Origin: a virus | Length of the DNA: 64,000 nucleotides | Direction: 5' to 3' (one strand) | IMG/VR virus record: IMGVR_UViG_3300047444_000617 | Location: 1-64,000 of that record | Shown here: piece by piece, positions 36,930 to 48,633 of the stretch | Layout: each line of letters opens with the position of its first letter | How positions within the stretch are numbered: position 1 is the stretch's first letter | The notes under the pieces: generated by a model | Told to the model about the DNA's origin: nothing | Database searches by the model: none | Seen by the model: only the letters and a program-made list of their open reading frames with translations | Made by a program: the position numbers and the translations under genes

Positions 36930-37940
36930 TACGAGATAACCGTATCGTGGTTACCCATACTCGTCAAGCGATTCATGAGCACCACTTGCACAGGCTCGCG
37001 AGCCCTGCCTGCCCCCAGGTTACGCACTCCCCCAACCCCCCGATCCCCCAATTCCCCGAATCCCCCGGCCACTGTGACACTGTCCGGTTCCTACAACCGG
37101 TGCGCTGCGCGGCTGTCCAGGCCCCTATTCTCTGGCAATTCGCATTTAAGGGTCGGGGGGTCCGTATATTTATTCATTGGGCTTACACTATTGACAGACC
37201 ACATGTCAACCCCTCTAGCCCTTGACTTTCAAGCCGCGCACTTCCCATCGGTATCTGCACCCTTGATCTGCGTGTGAGCTGCACCACACTGAGCAGCGAT
37301 GCACACCGGGCGCTCCCTGTCAACACTATGCACGCATGAATATTATGCAGCCAATTCGCCTTTATTCACGGTTAGGCCACTGCCCAATTCGCCTAATTGA
37401 AAGCCTGACAATAGGCCCCGGACTTTGGTGATGTTGCACGCTTTGTAGCAACTCGACAGATGGTGGCCGATCAATTCGCAGTATTGACATGAGGGTGAGT
37501 GTGTGCAGTCGCATGGCTGGCGTGCCCGTGGCAGTGGTGTGTCTGTCTGTGTAGTGGCTAGCAGTGGGGAGCCTTCCCCCGGCCCGAAATGGTGACCAGG
37601 GTGGGAGGCTGGATGCATGGGTGTGGGCATGTCGTGGGGCGCGCTAGGGCACGGGCAGGGGTGGGCAGAGTTCGCGTCCGTGGATGAGTGTGCGCGTGCC
37701 CTATGTGCCTCCGTACGGCGTGCGTATCGCCGGATGGATCCCTCGCAGCGAGGCTGTCTTCTCAAGTACTCCGCTCACGTGCTGCGGGTGGACATGTGCA
37801 CGGAGGGACTGCACGCGGTGAGCCGTGGCCAGGTGTGGCACGCACGCCACGGGACGGCATGGGTGTCTCTGTATCCCCGTGGGGGAGGCAAACACGAGAA
37901 AGCCCCTCACCGGCCCGAGAATGGGCGGTGAGAGGCTTTG
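36930..37940. other. About 1-kb non-coding island with CAATTCGC repeats and C/G strand-skew switch
   Basis: Lower GC; CAATTCGC at 37136, 37352, 37385, 37472; five C-runs at 37029-37066; G-rich after ~37490. Confidence 0.6.
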
Positions 37941-37956
37941 TAGGGGAGTGCTGGCG

Positions 37957-38445
37957 TTACCGGACGTCTACGGGGTGCGCGGCGTTGTACGCGTCGCGTA
38001 GGGCCTTGAACGCGGCCCACACTTCGTGCCCGTTGGTCTGCGGGCCGATCCCGTGGCCGAAGCTGGCGGAGTTCGCCACGGTGCACAGGAACGACTCCCC
38101 GCGTCCGTGTGCCCGGTGCGCTTCCATATCGGCCGCGCTGATCACGTAGCCGCAGGATCCCCGGTCGCCCGGAAGCGACTCCCGGCACTCCCATGAGGTG
38201 ATTTCGTCGTTCTCCACCACCGGCCGGAGAACGGTGGACGTCGTCCACGTGTGGGCAGGGTCAAGGCCGTTCGCCTCACACTGCGCGGCCGAGTAGCTGT
38301 GTCGGTGCGCGTGCAGTCCGGCGGAAGGCTGCACGCCGCAACGGTCGCAGGTGGAGAAGTACCCGGGGGTGGGCGGCTCACTGTCGTACGTGCACTCACG
38401 GGTGCAACCGGTGTTGACGCACTGCGGGGCGGTGGTGGTGATCAT
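37957..38445 (-). CDS. Cys-rich hypothetical protein
   Basis: ATG after CCCCACACCAGGAGG leader. Confidence 0.6.
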   Translation of the reverse strand: MITTTAPQCVNTGCTRECTYDSEPPTPGYFSTCDRCGVQPSAGLHAHRHSYSAAQCEANGLDPAHTWTTSTVLRPVVENDEITSWECRESLPGDRGSCGYVISAADMEAHRAHGRGESFLCTVANSASFGHGIGPQTNGHEVWAAFKALRDAYNAAHPVDVR

Positions 38446-38492
38446 GTTCTGTGTCCTCCTGGTGTGGGGTCGGTTGTTGGGGAGTGTACGGG

Positions 38493-39111
38493 TCAGTTGG
38501 CGGTGGAGTCGTACAGGGAGCATCCGGGGGCGTGGTGCTTGTTGGCCAGGCTGCCCCCGTCGACACCCGGGATATCCTCCCCGCATTCCTCGCACGTGTC
38601 GTCGTCGTCGGGGCGGAAATCGTCGGCAATGGTTGCGACCACTTCCGGCATGGTCGAGTGGGGCAGGGATTCCGCGATACGCGCGACCTGCTCATCGGTC
38701 AGGGTGAAACCGGCCCACGCGTTGAGTTGATTGCGGGTGATCATGATTCCGGACACGGGTACCTCCTGATGGGTTGGTTGGTCAGCCGATGCGGAGCACA
38801 AGCGCACGGACGGCGGAGACGTCGTCCAGGGTGGGCACGGGCGTACCGGGCACGGCGGTGCAGTAGGCGACTACGGCGAGTTGAACGGTGGTGCTCACGC
38901 TGCGGGGGTTCTCCCCGGCGCGCAGCCATGCGGACTTGAGAGCGTCGCGCGCCTTAGCGGCCCGCATGGCGTGCGCCTCCTCCTCGGTCATGCCGTAGCA
39001 GTAGACGTGACCGCTACGGGACGACCACACGTGCTCTGCGTGCGCGTACGAGGGACCGGAGAAGAAACAGCCGAGCTTAGGCAGGGTCTGCGCGGGGGTG
39101 CTTGTGATCAT
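38493..39111 (-). CDS. Two small hypothetical genes (38493-~38756, 38782-39111)
   Basis: AGGAGG/AGGAAGG RBSs. Confidence 0.5.
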
Positions 39112-39174
39112 GGTGTGTGTCCTTCCTGGGGAAGGGGCCGGAGGACGCTCCCCCGGCCCCGGGGTGTGCGAGCG

Positions 39175-39921
39175 TCAGACGGCGAGACCCTGCGCGGTGT
39201 GGAACTTCGCGGCCTGCTTGAACGCGGCGCGGAAGGTGGCGAGGGACGTGGGGGCGACCGTGCGGAAGTCGCGCGCCCAGTGGGGAAGGATGGCGACCTT
39301 CTGATCCTGGAACACTCCACCGGCCGCGATCATCGCGTGATTCTGGCCGCGAGTCTCAGTGGCCAGCGCCTTACGGGCCAGCGGGGAGAACATGCCGGAG
39401 TGCTTGCGGTACGCCGCTTCCTCCCCGTGGCGGTCGACACCGCGACCGGTGCCCGCGTGACCGAAGATGTCGTGCGCGGCGCGGAACATGTCGTTGACGT
39501 CGTCGGAGAAGAAGAAGTGAGACCCGGTCGCGGCGGTCGACATCACGCGCATACGGCCGTTGGCGACGTCGTCGAAGAACAGCCGGGTTCCGCCGGGGGC
39601 GGTGGTGTCGTACGGGTCGGTGTCCTCAACCGAGACCGTGATGCCGAGACCGCCGCGCGACATGGGGGCGGTGATCAGGTCGAACTGACGCTTGGTCTCT
39701 TCCGCCATCGCGCGCCATGCGGCGGGGGCGTTGTTGTCGATGAACGGCAGCGCCATGTACGCCGCGCCGATCTTGGCCACCGCTTCCGGGGCGACGATCA
39801 CGCGGGAGTAGTCCCAGTGGTCACGGGTGTTGAGACCGTTCTGCGCGTTGTAGCGGCGGGCGCCTTCCACCACGGCGGGGACGGGAGAGACGGACAGTGC
39901 GGGGATGTTGGCGGTACGCAT
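39175..39921 (-). CDS. Putative metal-dependent protein with FRAAHDIFGH / GEE / ETRGQN motifs
   Basis: Conserved-looking motif set; leader CCCCACACCAGGAGG. Confidence 0.65.
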   Translation of the reverse strand: MRTANIPALSVSPVPAVVEGARRYNAQNGLNTRDHWDYSRVIVAPEAVAKIGAAYMALPFIDNNAPAAWRAMAEETKRQFDLITAPMSRGGLGITVSVEDTDPYDTTAPGGTRLFFDDVANGRMRVMSTAATGSHFFFSDDVNDMFRAAHDIFGHAGTGRGVDRHGEEAAYRKHSGMFSPLARKALATETRGQNHAMIAAGGVFQDQKVAILPHWARDFRTVAPTSLATFRAAFKQAAKFHTAQGLAV

Positions 39922-40045
39922 TTCGGGGGCCTCCTGGTGTGGGGCGCTGGTGTGCTGACAGAGAGAACATTACCCGTGTGGGTAACGGTGAAACGGTAAC
40001 CCCGATATATTTTACCGAGATTTGGTGAGCGGCTGTACGGGTGGC

Positions 40046-41026
40046 CTAGCGGGCCAGCACGGCGCGTAGGGCGTCCGCGTAGGTGGTGGGGTGCAGGATG
40101 TCCCCCGCACCCGTGCGGACGTTGTAGAAGCGCGCGGAGTGCCATTCCTCGCCCTTGGGGAAGTCGATGCCGAACGCGCGACTGTCGCTCACGCGGACCA
40201 GTAGCACGCCCCACTCGTTCGGGTGGTCGTACGTGATCGCGTCGGACGCACGGACGTCGTACCCCTCCCCGTCAATGGCCACGTGCGTGACCGTGCGCAC
40301 GTCGGTCCAGTTGCGGCCGGTCGTCTGAAAGTTCGACGGGCGGCGGTCGATGCGGATAACCTCCCCGGCGCCGGTCGTGTCGACGATGCCCCGGCAGTAC
40401 CGTTCGGCGTTCCCGTCCGTGTGAGCAAACTCCTTGTCGGAGTACGGTCCCCACACGTGCCCGGCGTGGTCGCGGTACGACCAAAGGGTGCGGTACTCAG
40501 CGGCCCACACGTACCCGATGGCGTACTGACGCACCCAGGTGTGTACGTCCCCGTTGCCCTGGATCCCGCCAGGCATGTCCCCGTCGTAAATCGTCTCGGT
40601 GCCGAGATACACGTAAAGGTCCCGTCCACCGTTCGCCACGACAGCAGAGACGCGGCGGCCGTCCAGCCAAAGCGGGGAAGCCTCACGCCACGTGCGGGCA
40701 TGCTCCGCACTCGGGTAGTACGTGCCATCGGTCGGGCGGTTCTCCTCCCCCGCGTTGGCGACGTAGTAGGCAACGGTGTCCAGGGGAACAAGCTCCCCGC
40801 CGTGCGTGAGCGTCACGGCCACCAGCTCCCCCGCGCGGGTCAGCACGGTCTGCCCCTGGACCTCCTCGGCGACGCCGAGCCGTACCAGCACCGCGCACGT
40901 GTTGGCGCGGGCGTCGACCACGGACCGGCCGCGCAGAGCGTCTACGGGGGACAGCAGTTCCTCCCCGAACGGTGCGGCGTTGCGCAGCGCTTCGTACTGC
41001 GGGCGGGTGATCGTCTTGCTTGCCAT
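40046..41026 (-). CDS. Hypothetical protein
   Basis: 326 aa, GAGGGAG RBS, promoter-like TTGCCA-N16-TAGGCT upstream. Confidence 0.65.
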   Translation of the reverse strand: MASKTITRPQYEALRNAAPFGEELLSPVDALRGRSVVDARANTCAVLVRLGVAEEVQGQTVLTRAGELVAVTLTHGGELVPLDTVAYYVANAGEENRPTDGTYYPSAEHARTWREASPLWLDGRRVSAVVANGGRDLYVYLGTETIYDGDMPGGIQGNGDVHTWVRQYAIGYVWAAEYRTLWSYRDHAGHVWGPYSDKEFAHTDGNAERYCRGIVDTTGAGEVIRIDRRPSNFQTTGRNWTDVRTVTHVAIDGEGYDVRASDAITYDHPNEWGVLLVRVSDSRAFGIDFPKGEEWHSARFYNVRTGAGDILHPTTYADALRAVLAR

Positions 41027-41374
41027 GGTGTCTCCCTCGGTCGCCGTCCCCGCTGTCTTGCGGGCGGAGCCCTGAGCCTAGCGGCTGATTACCGTTTGGC
41101 AAGGGGTTTTCGCAGATGGCTTTCTGGACGTTACGCAATCGTGACGTGCGCCCCGGGGCCGGGCGTGGTTCCATGGCACACCTAGGCCCCCACCGGCCAG
41201 CAGCACTCGGCGGGGGCCTTAGTCATGTCCGGGGTCAATGGAGGGGAGGTGAGGGGGATGCAGGCGACACGCCAGCAGGCCAGACGGGGCGAACGCCGGG
41301 AAGGGGTAGGACAACCGGCGGGGACGACCGGCAGGGGGCAGGTGGCCAGAGGGTGCGGGAGGAGGGGAGATCCG

Positions 41375-41504
41375 CCCGCGCGCGAGGGAGTTGAGGCTGT
41401 TGCATCTCCCCGCGCGCGAGGGTTCAAAAATCCGACTGTGACGGCGGATAAAATCCGCTTCCGTCCTGGAGAAGAATCCGACTTCCGATCGGCCAGAAAA
41501 TCCG
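41375..41504. repeat. Phased direct repeats
   Basis: CCCGCGCGCGAGGG at 41375 and 41409; A(A/G)AATCCG at 41427, 41450, 41473, 41497. Confidence 0.75.
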
Positions 41505-41505
41505 A

Positions 41506-44500
41506 TCAACGGCGGACGAGCGACAGGTGCCGCTTCCGCTTCGGAATCTTCCCGGCGGGCACCAGGAGATATCTGGCTCCGGGGTCCAGCGGGTGCAGGC
41601 GGGCGTAGACGTTGCCGTCCTTGTCGCGCCAGGCGGTGGCGTGCGGGTGCCTGTCGCTCAGCACCCATCGCAGGATTCCCGTGACGATCGTCCGGGCTAC
41701 CGGGCTGCCAGTCGGTTCGTAGACGCCGTGTCCCTTGCCGTTCTGGATGGCGTACCGACCCTCCTTGACCACGGAATCCACCGTGTCCGGCGTGATGTAC
41801 GCGGCGTCAGTTCCGGCCGGTACTTCCACAGCGAAGCAGATGAACTCCGGATCGGAAACCTGGGTGCGCTCCCGGATGTCCTGCCGGGGAAAATCCGGTG
41901 CGTAGACCACGCGGGTCCAGTGGGTGTGCGGGTAGGTATTTCCACGCCAGGTATGGACACCCTCCAACACCCGAAGTCCGGTTCCGGTGTGGACGAGCAT
42001 TCCGGGCCTGAGTGCGTGTGCGACGACCGGGCGGGCGCCCTCGGGTCGGTAGTCCTCGATCCAGTACTCGTCGGTGTTCATGCGGGCCTCCTGGTGTGGG
42101 GCATGGTGTGGTGTGCCGACATTACTAATCCCCGGAACCGTATGTCAAATGGTTCCGGGGATTTGCTTGCAATGGACTACTGGAGAGGTCGGAGGGAGCC
42201 CGCGATGTTCCGGCGCAGCAGGCGCCACAGGTGCGAGCGGCTGGCCTTCTTCAGCGCGGGCTCTGGGATCCCGTGGCGGGCCTCCCAGCACTCCTGAACA
42301 CGGCGGTGGAGACCAGTCCAGGCATTTCGCTCGATCAACTCAGCGCAGGCCGCGCAGGCCGCCCAATCCCCCTCGAACGCCTGATCCTTGCCGGTGCGGG
42401 GATCCTTACCGGCGATGAAGTCGTGGACCGGCAGGACGAACGCGGGGGCGTCGGTGTTACAGAAGTCGCAGCGGCCTCGAACCTCGTTGTCATCAGCAAC
42501 CACGGGGACGGCCTTGTGGCCTTGCAGACGGTCCTGCTCGTGGTGGTCCCACGACAGGTTTCCCGTGCCGCGCTCCTCCAGTTTCTCCAGGGGGCGCCGA
42601 CACTCCTTGCAGACCATGGGCGGGGTGCTCACTTGGTCACCTTCTGGCCCGGGGAGATGATACGGAAGAGCGAGCCGTCCTCGGCGGTCAGCGTCTCGCC
42701 CTTCTCCATGTCCTTGATGTGCTCAGCCAGCTCTCCGGAGCGCAGGCCCTTGCGCTGCATCTCATCGGTGAGCTGCCCCCAGGCCGCGTCGCGGGCGCTC
42801 TCCTCGGACCGGCCCATCGTGATCCACGGGCTGTCCTCGTGCTTCCCCCGCGTCTGGGCCAGGAACTGGCGGGCGGTGCTGTCGCGGTTGGCCTTCCACC
42901 AGTTGTTCATGTCGGCGAAGAAGGTGGCCGTCTCGTCGGCGCTATCCAGGCTGGGGAAACTCTCCTCCTGGCCGTCGCGAAGGATGGCCAGAACCTGCTC
43001 GCGGGTGAGTCGGACGTCGAACGTCGGCTCCTCCTGCTTCTCCTCCACGGTGACGCGGAAGGTGCGGGTGGCGTCGGTGCCAGTGCTGTCGTTGACCAGC
43101 ACATCGAGAGCCCACGGCCCCGGCTTCTCCAGGGGGTTGACGAAGTCGACGTTCAGCACGTCCTCGGTGTGCAGGGTCGGCCGGGCCGGGCTCGACAGCA
43201 TGTCGCCGATCAGCTTGCGAAGGCCGAGGAGGTTCATCGTGTGCTCCTTGTCAGGGCGCCGTAGTGGTTACAGGGACGAACCTAGTGGCGCCCTTAACGC
43301 TTGTCAAGTGGTCTGTTCAAACTACTTGCTTGTCGTGTACTTGCGCTGGACGACACGACCCCGGGGAGGCTGCTCAACCTCGACGGTCTCCCCCGGCTTG
43401 ACACTGACGGCCTCGACGTCGGTGGCTCCCTCGGCCCGCAGCCTGGCCATACGGTGCTCGGCGCTGCCCCTGTCGTACGCCACGGCGGACACCTTGCGTC
43501 GGCCGCCTTCTGTCCACACGACCCTCAAGTTCTCCATGGTGCTCCTCACGGGTTATCGCGCCAGCGGTCGGCCTTGGGCAGGGTCTCGTTGGCCAACCGG
43601 CACACGGTCCAGGTGGCGTCCTCCAGACCGACCCCCTGCGTCCGCGCACCCTCGAACATCTCGACGGCCTTGCGGGCGACACCCTGATCGCGGTAGCGCC
43701 ACCCCAACGAGCCGAAGGTGTGGTCATAGTCGGGGTCCATCACGCGGGCACCCCAGGTGGTGATCGGGACTTCCTTGCCCTCGACGTAGGTGCGCTCTTC
43801 GGTGTAGCGCATGACCTGGACGCGGTCGCCGGTGCTCAGGGTCAGCGTCTCGACGACCTCCTCACCCTTGTGCTCGCGGGCGGGTTCCTCGCCAGGCGCG
43901 TATCCGAACATCGAGTAGAAGGGCGGCAGCTCCTTCTCCAGGCCGCGCTTCCACCGCTCGCGCATGATGTCGCCCAGGGAGTACCAGTTCCCCAACAGCT
44001 CCAGCAGCTCGGGGGTGATGTCGTAGTGGCCGAGGCGGACGATGCGATTGTCGACGACCTTGCCCTTGCGCTTGAGGGTGAGTGCCGCGCGGCCGTCCTG
44101 CCCGTTGTCGGTGCGGAACACGGCCGACTTGTCGGTGACCTTGGTGACGATCTTGCGGCGACTCCAGGTGGCGTATCGCTCCTCCACGATGTCGCCGACG
44201 ACGAGATCCTTCACCAGCACCTCGCCCGGCTTGAGTGCGGGCCGCTTCTTCGCATCCTCGGCCTGCTGGCGGATGCGCGGGGCCAGGAAGTTGAACCACA
44301 AGGACGCCTGTACGTCCGCCTTGGGGCGGCTCCACCCGAGGTCGTTCATGTGGTCGGCGAGTTCCTTGATGATCTCTTCATCGGTTGGCATGTCGTGCTC
44401 CTGATCAGTGAGTGTGAATGGGTGTGGCCGTCCAGTAAGTGTGTGTGGTCCCGGGCTCAGCATCATGGGGCTCCCAGTCACTGACGTGCAGTCCGTAGAA

Positions 44501-44942
44501 GCCACGCACCTCACCCATGCCCCAAGCCTTCGCACCATCCGGGTCGTCGGCAGAGATTTCGCTGTTGGCGCCTTTAGGCAAGCCCTTGAGTCCCTGGCCG
44601 AATAGGAGTAGCCAGGTCGCGAGGTCCGTACCTTCGTCCACGTAGGCCAGCGTCCAGTACGGATGGCCGGGGGGAGGCAATGGCATCGGAGGCTCCTGAT
44701 CAGACGAGGGTGGTGGCGTTGGCGACGCGCGGGCAGCCCTGCGCAATGTAGTCCTGCCAACTGACAATGTTGTTTCGCGTGGCCTGGATGCGGGTCATGA
44801 CCAGCCGCTGTCGCTTGACTGTCCGCTCCCCCTTCCAGCGCCTCTCCAGGGCGCACAGCTCACGCTCGCGCTGCATCAGGAGCTTGTCGGCGGCGGCCTG
44901 GCGCTCGTCCTTCTGGTACGACCGGAACGGGCTGACAGCCAT
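41506..44942 (-). CDS. Run of hypothetical early-type genes (41506-42081, 42177-42632, 42629-43237, 43322-43549, 43546-44391, 44405-44686, 44700-44942)
   Basis: RBS-bearing ORFs behind TTGACA promoters at 42119-42148, 43279-43307, 44983-45012. Confidence 0.6.
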
Positions 44943-45270
44943 CTCGCGCTCCTCCTGGTGTGGGGTGCTGCTTGCAAGAGAAAAACTACAGGGACCGCTC
45001 GACTCATGTCAAGCGATCCCTGTGAAGTGCTTGCTTGTGGCGGTCTCCTGGTCCATGGTGACTACTCCTGGTCTCGTATCGCGGCGTGCTTGACGGTCTT
45101 GCGGGTGCGCTGCTTGCGGGGGCGGGAATCGTGTCCTCCGGCCGCTCCGCTGCGCCGACGCTCCTGGACGGCGCGGACGTACTCGGGGACGTTCTGCTGG
45201 GCGTTCACGGTCACTCCTGGGCGCAGTAGGGGAGATTCCAGGTTATTGAATCTCCCCTACCGGTTACCAA

Positions 45271-46128
45271 CTACTTGCGCTTGGCCGCGCGCTTCTTCGC
45301 CTCTTCGATCACATCCGCCCAGGTCTTGCCCTCCTTCAGAGCAATGGCCAGGGCGACACGCTCGACGTCCTCGGCACGCTTGTCGCTGTTGCGCCACGGC
45401 TCGAAGTGGTCGGCGAGCCAGCTCCTGGCTGCTGCGAGGGTCTTGATGGTCTCGAACGTGTCGTGTGCGGGCTGGGTGACCATCCGGCCGCCTCGCCGGA
45501 CTTGCCGCTCCGGTACGTGCCAGTCGAAGACCTCCAGCGGGCTGCCGTCAGGGTTGGCGATGGCCTTGGCGGCCTTCTTCGCCTCGCGCTCAGCCTTCTT
45601 CGCCTCGCGTTCCAGCCGGGCAGCCTTGCGCTCCGGCGCCTCCAGCCGTGTCTTCTGCTTGAGGACGTCGACCGGGGCCCACGAAAAGCAGACCGTGCAC
45701 GCCTTCTCGCCCGCGAGGTCGACCAACTCCTCGGCCGTGAGGCCGGACTGCTCGACGAGCCACGCGTAGCGGGTGTCGGGGAAGCACGTGGTGCAGTCCT
45801 GGTCCTTGTGGACGTGTCCGTTGGTGTTGTCGACGAGGTAGTACCGGGTCCAGCGGCGATCGTTGTACTGCGCCTCGCGGGGGTAGACCTCGGTACCGAG
45901 GATTTCCCAGATGCGCTCCTGGAGCGCCTTGTGCTCATCGACCAGCTTGGCGCGGTTCTCCGGCGAGTTGTCCGGGAGCAGGGAGGCGTAGGAACCGGGC
46001 TCGACCTCGTCGATGTGGGACACCCTGGCGTTGATGCGGTGCTGCTGGTTGGTCAGTTCGGCGATCTTGCCGTAGGCGTCGGCCAACTTGGTGTCGATCT
46101 CGACGGGGGTGGCGGTGCTGAAGTCCAT
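45271..46128 (-). CDS. Hypothetical Zn-binding protein
   Basis: GHVH...CTTC...CTVC; promoter TTGACA-N17-TAACGT at 46169-46197. Confidence 0.7.
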   Translation of the reverse strand: MDFSTATPVEIDTKLADAYGKIAELTNQQHRINARVSHIDEVEPGSYASLLPDNSPENRAKLVDEHKALQERIWEILGTEVYPREAQYNDRRWTRYYLVDNTNGHVHKDQDCTTCFPDTRYAWLVEQSGLTAEELVDLAGEKACTVCFSWAPVDVLKQKTRLEAPERKAARLEREAKKAEREAKKAAKAIANPDGSPLEVFDWHVPERQVRRGGRMVTQPAHDTFETIKTLAAARSWLADHFEPWRNSDKRAEDVERVALAIALKEGKTWADVIEEAKKRAAKRK

Positions 46129-46218
46129 CCGTTGCCTCCTGGTGTGGGGCGTCTTGCTGACATGGGAGACGTTACGGGCTCACGTCTCCCATGTCAAGCG
46201 AGTTCACAGAATCACTTG

Positions 46219-46509
46219 TCAGTACTTCTCCAGGTGGTTGCCCGTGCGCTCCTCGTAGACGCGGCGCTTGCGTGCGATGGCCTGCACGCGCAACTCCAGG
46301 CGCTTGGTCCACTCCGCCACTTCGGCGGGAGCGACTACGCCGATCTCGCACTGGCGTAGCCACAGCACAGGGTCGAATCGCTCGCTGGTACCGGTGAGTG
46401 CGTCGGCGATGTCGAAGGCGAGGGCGCGGCGGGCGTCCCTGTCCACATCAGAGTCGGCGATGGCTGCCGACAAGGTCTCGTAGTCGCCTCGGTTCATACC
46501 GCTGGCCAT
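46219..46509 (-). CDS. Hypothetical protein
   Basis: Leader CCCCACACCAGGAGG; RFDPVLWLRQC motif. Confidence 0.6.
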   Translation of the reverse strand: MASGMNRGDYETLSAAIADSDVDRDARRALAFDIADALTGTSERFDPVLWLRQCEIGVVAPAEVAEWTKRLELRVQAIARKRRVYEERTGNHLEKY

Positions 46510-46608
46510 GATCTACCTCCTGGTGTGGGGTGCGTTTGCGTGGAGAGTACTACGGGCCACCTGACCGTGTTGCAGTGGTCAGGTGGCCCGCTGGGGGTGC
46601 TGGAAGGG

Positions 46609-47466
46609 TCAGGCGGCGATGCCCGTGCGCTGGCCGCCGATGGCCTTGTTGCTGCCCAGACGGGCGGAGCGGGCAGCGTCGTCACCGGCGGAGCGCGCGC
46701 TGTAACTGGTCGACGACGTCGGCTTGTAGCCCTTCCAAGAACCCCTGGCGGTGGAGTGCTCGGTGTAGTAGCCGTTGATCTCCGCCTTCTTGTCCATCAG
46801 GACCAGCTCGGCGGACACCTTGACCTCCTGGGCGGTGCCGTCGGCCGCCTCCTCGTGGATGGTGACGGTGGAGTTCTTGGCCGCCTTCAGTGCCTCCTCG
46901 CGGGCCTCGCGCAGCCGGTAGGCGATGCGCTGGGTGAAGGAGTCGTAGAAGTTGGCGCGGGCGGTGCGTCCGTCCACCGGCCGCTCCTCGTAATCCGTGT
47001 AGACGTCGCCCCAGTAGTCGCGCTTCTTCACCGCGCGGCTGACCGTCTCCTTCTTGTACTCGCCCTTCTTCAGCCACGCGGTGGCGGCCTCGGTCATCTG
47101 GAAGAGCAGGGAGGCGTACAGCACCTCGACGACCTCGATGTCGGAGGGCATGCCGAACGCGATGACGTAGGTGGAGTTCTGGGCGATGTTGATCGTCAGG
47201 TCGTTGTTGCGTGAGACGGCGTGGAAGAGGTTGACGAGCCGGGCGTTGTTGTTCTTGCGGACCTGCCCGATGGTGATCGTCTTGTGGGTAGGCTGCTCGC
47301 GCTGCTCCTTCTTCGCCGTGTGGCGCCGGGCAACGGCCAGGTCGATGCTGGTCTGCGTGGCGAGGGCCTGCGCCTTCCTCATGGCCGCGTCGGCTTCCTC
47401 GGGGGTGCCCGCGTTCTCGGCCTGGTTGAGGATCTTGGCCAGCTTGTCGAGCATGCGGTCGCTCAT
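46609..47466 (-). CDS. DUF2786 domain protein
   Basis: LDKLAKILNQAENAGTPEEADAAMRKAQAL N-terminus. Confidence 0.85.
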   Translation of the reverse strand: MSDRMLDKLAKILNQAENAGTPEEADAAMRKAQALATQTSIDLAVARRHTAKKEQREQPTHKTITIGQVRKNNNARLVNLFHAVSRNNDLTINIAQNSTYVIAFGMPSDIEVVEVLYASLLFQMTEAATAWLKKGEYKKETVSRAVKKRDYWGDVYTDYEERPVDGRTARANFYDSFTQRIAYRLREAREEALKAAKNSTVTIHEEAADGTAQEVKVSAELVLMDKKAEINGYYTEHSTARGSWKGYKPTSSTSYSARSAGDDAARSARLGSNKAIGGQRTGIAA

Positions 47467-47506
47467 TGGGTGCTCCTCCTGGTGTGGGGGCTTAGTGGTG
47501 AGTGGA

Positions 47507-48633
47507 TCAGGCTTCGACGTGCTCGTGGATGTCGAGCAGGTTCTCCGGGAGGGTCTCGGTGTACTTCACCCTCGGCGCACCCTTCCTGGCGTCGTCCCAG
47601 TTGCTGGAAGCGGTGGAGAACGACCTGCGCTCGAAGAGGGTCACCAGGCGCTCGCGGAGGACTTTGGTGCCCGCCGCGCCCTCGTTGCGACTGACGAGTT
47701 TCTGGGCCTCGTAGTAGTCCATGTGGCGGGCCAGCTCGGCGATGACGTCCACCCGGTTCATGGCCTGCACGCGAGCCCGGTAGCCCGGGGCCTTCTCGGT
47801 CTGCATGTCCTTGAGGGCGTTGCGTACTGCGCGCGTGTGGGCGTTGCCGAGCTGCTGCTGCGTGCGCTTGCCCTGCTCGGTTCGGATGACCCGCTCTTCG
47901 CCACATACGCGGATCGTGGTCTCGCGGTAGTTCCTGTCCACGGGGACCGCTCCTCCTGGTGTGGGGGCTGGCTGATGAGGACGAATCTACGGGTCACTCT
48001 TACCGATTGTCAAGCGGTATCGCCAAATTACTTTCTGGGCTGTCCACCGCTGGGGATGCTGATCACGCGCTTGCCCCGGCGGTGGTCGAACCGCATCTCC
48101 TTGGCCCGGTCGGCAGCGATCTCGTCGTAGATCTCGTTCACCGCCTTGACGGCGTCATTGATGGTGGTGAACGGCCCGCCGGTGCGCTCGGTCAGCCGAG
48201 GGGTGTGCAGGTCGAAGTACCAGCCGACGTCCTCGGCCGTGATGTCATCCTCGGTGGGGTTCTCGACGACCTGGTCGGCAGTGACGCGCCAGATGGCCCC
48301 GAGGCGCCCGAACTCATCGGTGGGGTAGATGATGCCTTCGCCGCCGACCTTGAGGGTGAGCATGGGGTGTTCTCCTGTCCAGAGGGTGGTAAGCGGTACT
48401 TGCGGTCAGCCGTGGTGCTTCAGTGCGTCCATGGCGGCCTGGGCGTCCTTGAACGCGCTGTTTCGGATGGTCTTGATGACCTCCCACACGAAGAGGTCGT
48501 CGGGGTCGACGGGGAACATATCGTCGGTGACTGCCTTATCCCGCAGGCCCGCATTGATCAGGCGCGCGACGGCGTTGCGCAGCCGGGCCTCGCGGTTCGG
48601 ATCCATGGGTGCGGTCATGGTGCGGCCTTTCAT
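47507..48633 (-). CDS. Three small hypothetical genes (47507-47941, 48028-48363, 48406-48633)
   Basis: ORFs with RBS; promoter TTGACA-N18-TAGATT at 47984-48013. Confidence 0.55.

Noticed and set aside
36930-41505. CRISPR array or mini-array in the repeat islands
   Set aside because: Repeats are only 8-14 bp with irregular or too-short spacing, and there are no cas genes.
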